This document shows, piece by piece, positions 1 to 7,066 of a stretch of DNA of 64,000 bases. The translations under genes and the position numbers were made by a program. The DNA is from Eledone cirrhosa (lineage: Eukaryota). Under the pieces are notes generated by a model. That model worked only from the letters and a program-made list of their open reading frames with translations, searched no databases and was not told where the DNA came from. Positions within the stretch are counted from its first letter, which is position 1, and each line of letters opens with the position of its first letter. The stretch covers positions 63,922,001-63,986,000 of the forward strand of contig OZ024740.1 in the NCBI GenBank assembly GCA_964016885.1. The letters are read 5' to 3'.

Positions 1-821
1 GACAACCGGTGTGGGCCCCGTTCGTGAGGCGAGCCTTCCCACGACTCGTCTCGCTGACCGAGCTGCAGTCCTGGGTCAAGCAGAGACCGAGGAAAATGGG
101 CGACTGGCACATCGAATGTGCTCAGGCGCTCACAGCCCTCTGGCAGGCGGACCCGGCGATCAGTGGAGACTCCACTTCGTCATTCTATAGAGGGTTGGTC
201 CGCAGCAAGTGCGACGACGCGCTCGGTGAAACTCTAGGCGTGGAGGAAGATGAACTGGCCAGTCTGTTCGGTAGGACCTTCCGCCCGGGACCGATGGACA
301 ACTTCCAAAAGTCCCTGGCCTGGCAGTGCTACCGAGGAGCTCTACCAGTTCGAGACAAGCTCTACAGACATGGGCGCCCGGGCAGGGACCCTGCAAAAAA
401 GATCTGTCCGAGGTGCGTGCGAGACGAAGAAACCGTCGCGCACGCATTCATACACTGCCCGGGCGTCACTGACCTGTGGGGCTATGTGGAACGACTATTG
501 TCGCGGGTGGGACCAATCCAGTTGACCACCGAGTCCATTGTCATGATCAAACCGCCACCCTCCTTCAAAAACGAAGGAGAGGCGGTTTTCCTTTGTGTGA
601 TAGCTATGGCGAAAGAGGTTGTATGGTGGACAAGGTTGAAAGGGCTGAGGTCAGACACCTTTCTCTCCGGCCAACAACTGATTCTTTTTTTCAAATACCA
701 CTTTGGAAGAAGAATCAGGATGGAGAGAGAGGTGCTGTACCCCAGCAAGTTTTATGAAAGGTGGGTGAAAGTGGCGAGAATGGCCCGAGTGAATGGGCCT
801 TCTCTCTATATCAGCCTGTAG
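1..821 (+). CDS. ORF2 C-terminal part of copy A0 (partial)
   Basis: 270-aa translation matches the end of the 1145-aa ORF at 3288-6725. Confidence 0.9.
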   Translation, partial: QPVWAPFVRRAFPRLVSLTELQSWVKQRPRKMGDWHIECAQALTALWQADPAISGDSTSSFYRGLVRSKCDDALGETLGVEEDELASLFGRTFRPGPMDNFQKSLAWQCYRGALPVRDKLYRHGRPGRDPAKKICPRCVRDEETVAHAFIHCPGVTDLWGYVERLLSRVGPIQLTTESIVMIKPPPSFKNEGEAVFLCVIAMAKEVVWWTRLKGLRSDTFLSGQQLILFFKYHFGRRIRMEREVLYPSKFYERWVKVARMARVNGPSLYISL

Positions 822-1060
822 GTTGAGGAAAAGGAGGAGGAGAGGAAAGGAGTACAAGCTCTTCGTACTCCTGGAGATGAGGGTTGCACATTTTTTTCGG
901 GGGTCTGTGTTACCCATATAAACTGTCTCCCTCTATTGGGGAAAATCGACTAACTTTTAAATTCCATCTGTGATAACATTTTACACGTTTTTATTGTATG
1001 TAAACTTCCCCCTTTGTATTTGTCCCCTTCTTTTGTGCCCCTGTGGCTAATAAAGAAATA
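1..1060 (+). mobile_element. Tx1-like non-LTR retrotransposon copy A0, 3' part (cut by window edge)
   Basis: ORF2 C-terminus 9-821 with zf-RVT-type CPRC..ETVAHAFIHCP, 3'UTR, AATAAA at 1049-1054. Essentially identical to 5905-6964 (offset 5904). Confidence 0.93.
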
Positions 1061-1109
<49 letters not shown>

Positions 1110-1120
1110 CTCTCTCTATC
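1061..1120 (+). repeat. (TATC)n microsatellite grading into (TC)n, spacer between A0 and A1
   Basis: Directly visible. Confidence 0.98.
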
Positions 1121-1337
1121 AGTCGTGTGTCACTTCGCGGAGAAGTTTCCGTTAATTTATGTAAGGAAAAAACGTGAGTTTTTAGTTCAATTTTATATCA
1201 TTGTGTAACTTGACCACCCGTCTGGACCTTCAGGTGGTGGGTCAACTCATTTTCGCCCCTTCAGGGGCGGAATATCCATTTAAAAAATTTTTCTCCATCG
1301 AATCTTGGAAAAAATATTGTAAAATTTTGATTACGTT

Positions 1338-3254
1338 ATGAACGCTGCGTCCAACGATAATGGTGGTGGAGAGGCGGTAAGACTACAAAGCTCGCAGTCA
1401 ACAACGTCTTCTTCACTAGATACTATAGAGATGGAAAGACAAAATGAAAATAAAAAAACGAATTCACATCCAAACAACACAAATGACACCAAACAGCTCA
1501 ATGACAACAAAAATAACAGCAAAACCAATAATGATGATAAAAGCAACAATGATAACAACAACAAAGAAAAAAATAAAGACAACGCCAATAACACCAGCAT
1601 CAAAGACAACAACAACACCAAGGAAAATACGGATGATACCAACATCGGTGACAACAAGAATAACAACAAGAATAACAACAATAATGACAACACCACCAAT
1701 ACGGATTCCACAAAGAAACCAAAAATCTCCTTTGCGGAGAAAGTTCAAAAGAAAGAACAATTGATATATCTCGACATAACAAATGCTGAACACCTTTTAA
1801 AGGACGCTAAGAGATATGTCACCTTCGAAAAAAATGGTGCTTTCAGCATCAATTCTCCGGTAGAAATTCGCAAGGAAACTGCTCTCAAAACGATAGTTTT
1901 TAGGACAGTTTCCAATTCTACCCGAAAACCAGTCCAATTGTCACAGAAAGATATTGAACTGGTTTTCAAAGATTCAATGAATGATATTGCATTCATTCAA
2001 AGAAGCAAACTTTTTGGGAGTATTTCGGTACTGATGAAGGATCAATTGACGGCCCAAAATTACTCTGTGTCGCCAATTGTATCCAACCTGTACACCTTTT
2101 TCCCTACATACATGGGAAAAAGGACACAAAAGATCAGAATCACAAGTGTCACACCAAAGGTGAACATATGGTGGATACTGTGCGGCTTCATCAATTTTGA
2201 TGAAGACAGAATACTGTCAGTAGGCAAGTCCCCCAGAGATGTATTCAATGGGACTAGCATTGAAGTTCTGGTGCAAATGAGCCCAGAGCGAATAGCTATG
2301 ATCCCACAGCGTGTACTCCTGGACGGACTTACCTACATAAACCTTTCGGTTGAGGGTAGGCGGCCTTCATGTTACCATTGCTTTAGCAGGGGTCACCTGA
2401 GGGCTTCCTGTCCTAAACTAATGAACCAAAAAAAGGCTCTTCTGCCAACACCCATCAAAACAACACAACCACCAACACCACCACTACAACAACAACACCA
2501 ACACACAAAAATAACCACAACAAACACAGTCCCACCCAACCTCACTCCACCTAAAACCACTGCAAAATCACATACAGACACAACAGCTCCCCAAGACATA
2601 CCCCTCCCCAATCACACAGACGATACAACAGATGAGGCTATCTCGCCATCACCCAGTGAAGACGAGGGAGAACCCCATCGCTCGAAAAGAAAGAAAAGAC
2701 ATCACAAAAGCAAAAAACCAGCAAACACTACCACAAACATACAACCACCAACACAAACAACAAAAATATCACAAACAAAACCCCCACCTCCTGAAAACAA
2801 AATACCTACAACAAAACGAAAGCACACACAAGAACTACAGACAAAAACAAACACAACACAAGAAAATTACACTTACACTTACATAAACACTGAAAACAAA
2901 ACACTAATGGAGACCATTACGAACGACCCTTCGGTTTTCACCGAAGGGAAAACTTTCGCCCACTCTATAAAAAATAGCAAAAAAATGAACCTAAAACTGA
3001 TTAGGGTCCCTATACAAACTTATAGGTCCCTAAAAGAAACATTTGAGAAGGATGTGGGGAATTCCTGCGTGAAACCACTCAACCGCGTCCTTCTCAAATG
3101 CCTCCCCACCCCAGACACCCCCATTCCACCAGACCCCACCCCACCAAACATCTGCGTCCCCACCCCGCCGGAAACCACCACCCATCCAGACAACCCCTCC
3201 AACACCCCCATGGAAATCGTGCGGCCTGGTCCCCAGGAGGCGAAGGGTGAGTGA
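1338..3254 (+). CDS. Tx1/L1-type ORF1 gag-like nucleic-acid-binding protein (638 aa)
   Basis: Asn-rich N-terminus, zinc knuckle CYHCFSRGHLRASC preceded by LSVEGRRP, Pro/Thr-rich tail. Lies directly upstream of the APE-RT ORF. Confidence 0.9.
   Translation: MNAASNDNGGGEAVRLQSSQSTTSSSLDTIEMERQNENKKTNSHPNNTNDTKQLNDNKNNSKTNNDDKSNNDNNNKEKNKDNANNTSIKDNNNTKENTDDTNIGDNKNNNKNNNNNDNTTNTDSTKKPKISFAEKVQKKEQLIYLDITNAEHLLKDAKRYVTFEKNGAFSINSPVEIRKETALKTIVFRTVSNSTRKPVQLSQKDIELVFKDSMNDIAFIQRSKLFGSISVLMKDQLTAQNYSVSPIVSNLYTFFPTYMGKRTQKIRITSVTPKVNIWWILCGFINFDEDRILSVGKSPRDVFNGTSIEVLVQMSPERIAMIPQRVLLDGLTYINLSVEGRRPSCYHCFSRGHLRASCPKLMNQKKALLPTPIKTTQPPTPPLQQQHQHTKITTTNTVPPNLTPPKTTAKSHTDTTAPQDIPLPNHTDDTTDEAISPSPSEDEGEPHRSKRKKRHHKSKKPANTTTNIQPPTQTTKISQTKPPPPENKIPTTKRKHTQELQTKTNTTQENYTYTYINTENKTLMETITNDPSVFTEGKTFAHSIKNSKKMNLKLIRVPIQTYRSLKETFEKDVGNSCVKPLNRVLLKCLPTPDTPIPPDPTPPNICVPTPPETTTHPDNPSNTPMEIVRPGPQEAKGE
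3247..3252 (+). promoter_or_regulatory. Candidate 5' splice site GTGAGT overlapping the ORF1 stop
   Basis: Consensus match. GTAAGT occupies the same place in A2 (9151-9156), B1 (50911-50906), B2 (56998-56993) and B3 (62914-62909). Confidence 0.6.
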
Positions 3255-3287
3255 TCTCTTTTCCTCTTTTAACTTTTCAGCACCAAC

Positions 3288-6200
3288 ATGGCCAATATAA
3301 GAGTTGGATGTGTGAACGTACGCGGCCTGGGGATGCCCTGGAAACAGGGCAAACTCTTAAACGACCTCAGGTCGCACAGTTTGGATGTGGTAGCCATTTG
3401 CGAGTCCAGGATCCACGGCGAGCGACAGCTGGCCCCCATCTTCGATGACTTTGAGATCTACGCATCTCTCTGTCAACCGGGGGGTGGGGGCGGAGTTGCC
3501 GTTTTGCTGCGGAAACACCTGGGCCTCGTAACACAGACGGTACATCTGGACCCGGAGGGTCGACTGGTGGTCCTAGACGTTGACGGTAGTGAAGGTGGAG
3601 CGTTCAGGCTGGTGGCCGCATATGCCCCATCCGGGACACCGCGGCCAGACTTCTTCAAACGTCTAGAGACTTTTCTGGGAACGTCCCGCTCCTTGCTTTT
3701 AGTGGGGGACTGGAATGGAATCCTAGATGCACGTTGGGACTATGTGGGAGCATGTCCCGATAAAGGGGGGTGTAACAGCCTCAAACAGTTAATCGACCGA
3801 TTTGACCTGGCCGATAGATATCGACTAGATTTTCCGACTGCGCCACTGTGGACGTGGAGTAATCGTAGCGGAACATCTAGATCGTACCTAGATAGGGTTC
3901 TAGTTAGAAATAAGGATAGGGACATGTTAAGCTGTCCACAAATGTTCATGGTTGCCTATTCAGATCACAAACTAGTGACCTGCATGGCCAACCTTGATAG
4001 AACCCATAGACAAGGACCCGGCTACTGGAAGCTGAACTTGTCGTTACCGACAAGCAAAGCCTACAGTAGACGGATTAGCACTTTAGTTAAACAGCACTTG
4101 ACAGGGGCCATTGTCAACAACAGATGGTGGTACTCTCTCAAGAGGGCAGTTAGATTAGACTCGATAGTTTTTAGTAAAGAATTAGCGTTAGATAGAAATA
4201 GAACCGAGAAGGAACTGGTAGATAAAGTAGAAGAGGCTATTAGAAGTGGCAACGTAGCCAGCGTGCTAGCAACGAGAACGGCCTTGGACCAGTTCTTCGA
4301 CGCAAAGCACGAGGGCTGCGTTGTCAGAAGCAAAATACGTGCTCTGGGAAACGAGGGAGCCAAAGCTGTTAGCTGGGCCCGAGTGACGGAGGCAAAAAGT
4401 GGCAACAAGTCCACGATTCGGTCTTTGAAGGACCAAAACGGACGCGTGATACGTGAGCCGAAGCAGATGTGTGCGGCTTTTCAGCGGCACTTTGCTCGGC
4501 TGTTCGGGGGGAGCGGCGCGCCGGGAGAGGCTATGGATTTCGGTCCATACCTCGACGGCCTACCGCGACTCTCGGACAGCGAGGCGAAGTTCTGCGAAAA
4601 GCCGATTTCAGCCACTGAGATAGGGGACGCGCTGAGCCAATGCGGCAAACGCAAATCTCCAGGTCTCGACGGTCTACCCTACGAATTTTACGTAGCAATG
4701 CCGGACTTATTCTCCGGTCTCCTGGAAGCGGTCTACTGCAACTGGCAACAGAACGGGAGAATTCCCAATTCTGTAACCGGGGGCGTGGTCACACTAATCA
4801 GGAAGGACGAGAATAAGGGGGATGACATAGGCAACTTCCGGCCCATAACTCTGCTAAACACAGAGTTACAGATTTTGGCCAAGGTGTTGGCAAAGAGGCT
4901 GGCGCTTGTCGTCGAGAACCTGGTGGGAGAAGCGCAGACATGCGCGATCCCGACCAGGTCCATACACGACAACCTCCACCTCATGCGATACATCATAGAG
5001 AGGGTAGGGTGTAAACCCGGCTTCGGTGGGGCCCTGATCAACTTGGATCAGTCTAAGGCTTTCGATAGGGTTGACCATCGTTACCTGGATGCGGTGCTCG
5101 AGGCGGCAGGCTTCGGACCCGTGTTCAGGGGCTGGATTGCTGCAATGCACAACAGCAACATCTGCTCAAGGGTCAAGGTGAACGGTTACCTCTCGGAGCC
5201 GTTCCATATTACGCGATCCATTCGACAGGGATGCCCTCTCTCCTCCCTTCTGTACGTACTGACTCTCGAGCCACTACTGCGGAAGCTGGAGCTATTGCAG
5301 GGCATCCCTCTGGAACCGGGACTGCGGAAAGCGGCGTCGGCCTACGCCGACGACGTGACAGTAATGGTGTCGAGCGCCTCGCAAATCGAGGAAGTCGGCA
5401 CCTTACTAAAGGAATACGAAAGTCTCACAGGAGCGAAGCTGAACCGGGACAAGTCCATCGGTTTGCAACTCGGATCGTGGAGAGGCAGACCGATGCCTTC
5501 CGATGGCGTCGTCGGACGCTGGACGGAAGGACCGGTAAAGCTGCTCGGGGTCTGGTTTGGTCCGGACCTCCAGGTGGAGAAGAACTGGAACGAAGTGACG
5601 GCCAAGGTGTTTGCACTCACCCAGAAGTGGGCCGAGTGCAAACTATCCTTGAAAGGTCGAGCGGAGGTGGCGAACACTTTTATAGCGTCCGCCATCTACT
5701 ACCGCTTGACCGTCGTGCCTTGTCCAGCCAAAACGCTCGCCAAAATGGAGCGCGCCCTCTTCCGATTCCTTTGGAAGAGGCGGGCTCCTTTGGTAAGAAG
5801 ATCCATCTGCTGCCAACACCCTTCTAACGGAGGGCTGGGGATGCCGTGGTTGACGATGCGCAAACACGCGCTCAGGCTGCGGCATCTCTACGTATTCCTC
5901 ACCGGACAACCGGTGTGGGCCCCGTTCGTGAGGCGAGCCTTCCCACGACTCGTCTCGCTGACCGAGCTGCAGTCCTGGGTCAAGCAGAGACCGAGGAAAA
6001 TGGGCGACTGGCACATCGAATGTGCTCAGGCGCTCACAGCCCTCTGGCAGGCGGACCCGGCGATCAGTGGAGACTCCACTTCGTCATTCTATAGAGGGTT
6101 GGTCCGCAGCAAGTGCGACGACGCGCTCGGTGAAACTCTAGGCGTGGAGGAAGATGAACTGGCCAGTCTGTTCGGTAGGACCTTCCGCCCGGGACCGATG

Positions 6201-6725
6201 GACAACTTCCAAAAGTCCCTGGCCTGGCAGTGCTACCGAGGAGCTCTACCAGTTCGAGACAAGCTCTACAGACATGGGCGCCCGGGCAGGGACCCTGCAA
6301 AAAAGATCTGTCCGAGGTGCGTGCGAGACGAAGAAACCGTCGCGCACGCATTCATACACTGCCCGGGCGTCACTGACCTGTGGGGCTATGTGGAACGACT
6401 ATTGTCGCGGGTGGGACCAATCCAGTTGACCACCGAGTCCATTGTCATGATCAAACCGCCACCCTCCTTCAAAAACGAAGGAGAGGCGGTTTTCCTTTGT
6501 GTGATAGCTATGGCGAAAGAGGTTGTATGGTGGACAAGGTTGAAAGGGCTGAGGTCAGACACCTTTCTCTCCGGCCAACAACTGATTCTTTTTTTCAAAT
6601 ACCACTTTGGAAGAAGAATCAGGATGGAGAGAGAGGTGCTGTACCCCAGCAAGTTTTATGAAAGGTGGGTGAAAGTGGCGAGAATGGCCCGGGTGAATGG
6701 GCCTTCTCTCTATATCAGCCTGTAG
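3288..6725 (+). CDS. Tx1-type ORF2: AP-like endonuclease + reverse transcriptase + C-terminal zinc finger (1145 aa)
   Basis: APE motifs NVRG, GDWN, YLDR, SDH; RT motifs KSPGLDG, FRPITLLN, DQSKAFD, QGCPLS, YADD; C-terminal CPRC-x-HAFIHC. Confidence 0.96.
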   Translation: MANIRVGCVNVRGLGMPWKQGKLLNDLRSHSLDVVAICESRIHGERQLAPIFDDFEIYASLCQPGGGGGVAVLLRKHLGLVTQTVHLDPEGRLVVLDVDGSEGGAFRLVAAYAPSGTPRPDFFKRLETFLGTSRSLLLVGDWNGILDARWDYVGACPDKGGCNSLKQLIDRFDLADRYRLDFPTAPLWTWSNRSGTSRSYLDRVLVRNKDRDMLSCPQMFMVAYSDHKLVTCMANLDRTHRQGPGYWKLNLSLPTSKAYSRRISTLVKQHLTGAIVNNRWWYSLKRAVRLDSIVFSKELALDRNRTEKELVDKVEEAIRSGNVASVLATRTALDQFFDAKHEGCVVRSKIRALGNEGAKAVSWARVTEAKSGNKSTIRSLKDQNGRVIREPKQMCAAFQRHFARLFGGSGAPGEAMDFGPYLDGLPRLSDSEAKFCEKPISATEIGDALSQCGKRKSPGLDGLPYEFYVAMPDLFSGLLEAVYCNWQQNGRIPNSVTGGVVTLIRKDENKGDDIGNFRPITLLNTELQILAKVLAKRLALVVENLVGEAQTCAIPTRSIHDNLHLMRYIIERVGCKPGFGGALINLDQSKAFDRVDHRYLDAVLEAAGFGPVFRGWIAAMHNSNICSRVKVNGYLSEPFHITRSIRQGCPLSSLLYVLTLEPLLRKLELLQGIPLEPGLRKAASAYADDVTVMVSSASQIEEVGTLLKEYESLTGAKLNRDKSIGLQLGSWRGRPMPSDGVVGRWTEGPVKLLGVWFGPDLQVEKNWNEVTAKVFALTQKWAECKLSLKGRAEVANTFIASAIYYRLTVVPCPAKTLAKMERALFRFLWKRRAPLVRRSICCQHPSNGGLGMPWLTMRKHALRLRHLYVFLTGQPVWAPFVRRAFPRLVSLTELQSWVKQRPRKMGDWHIECAQALTALWQADPAISGDSTSSFYRGLVRSKCDDALGETLGVEEDELASLFGRTFRPGPMDNFQKSLAWQCYRGALPVRDKLYRHGRPGRDPAKKICPRCVRDEETVAHAFIHCPGVTDLWGYVERLLSRVGPIQLTTESIVMIKPPPSFKNEGEAVFLCVIAMAKEVVWWTRLKGLRSDTFLSGQQLILFFKYHFGRRIRMEREVLYPSKFYERWVKVARMARVNGPSLYISL

Positions 6726-6964
6726 GTTGAGGAAAAGGAGGAGGAGAGGAAAGGAGTACAAGCTCTTCGTACTCCTGGAGATGAGGGTTGCACATTTTTT
6801 TCGGGGGTCTGTGTTACCCATATAAACTGTCTCCCTCTATTGGGGAAAATCGACTAACTTTTAAATTCCATCTGTGATAACATTTTACACGTTTTTATTG
6901 TATGTAAACTTCCCCCTTTGTATTTGTCCCCTTCTTTTGTGCCCCTGTGGCTAATAAAGAAATA

Positions 6965-7050
<86 letters not shown>

Positions 7051-7066
7051 CCTATCTCTCTCTCTC
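6965..7066 (+). repeat. (TATC)n microsatellite grading into (TC)n, spacer between A1 and A2
   Basis: Directly visible. Confidence 0.98.

Larger units (their letters stand above)
1121..6964 (+). mobile_element. Full-length, apparently intact Tx1-like retrotransposon A1
   Basis: 5'UTR, ORF1 (CCHC knuckle), 33-nt spacer, ORF2 (APE-RT-zf), 3'UTR with AATAAA at 6953-6958. Flanked by (TATC)n on both sides. Confidence 0.95.

Noticed and set aside
1331-1793. Hydrophobic Leu/Val-rich antisense ORFs resembling membrane proteins (also 51224-51865, 52225-52764, 58386-58913)
   Set aside because: Mirror of the AAC/ACA-rich low-complexity ORF1 sense strand.
3247-3280. 34-nt GT...CAG mini-intron that would fuse ORF1 to ORF2 in A1
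   Set aside because: Removal leaves ORF2 out of frame (G|CA CCA ACA TGG), and the other spacers have no AG before the ORF2 start.
6726-6857. Readthrough extension after the ORF2 TAG (VEEKEEERKG...PGDEGC, similar in A2)
   Set aside because: Length and sequence are not kept in A3 or the B copies; nucleotide-level UTR similarity explains it.
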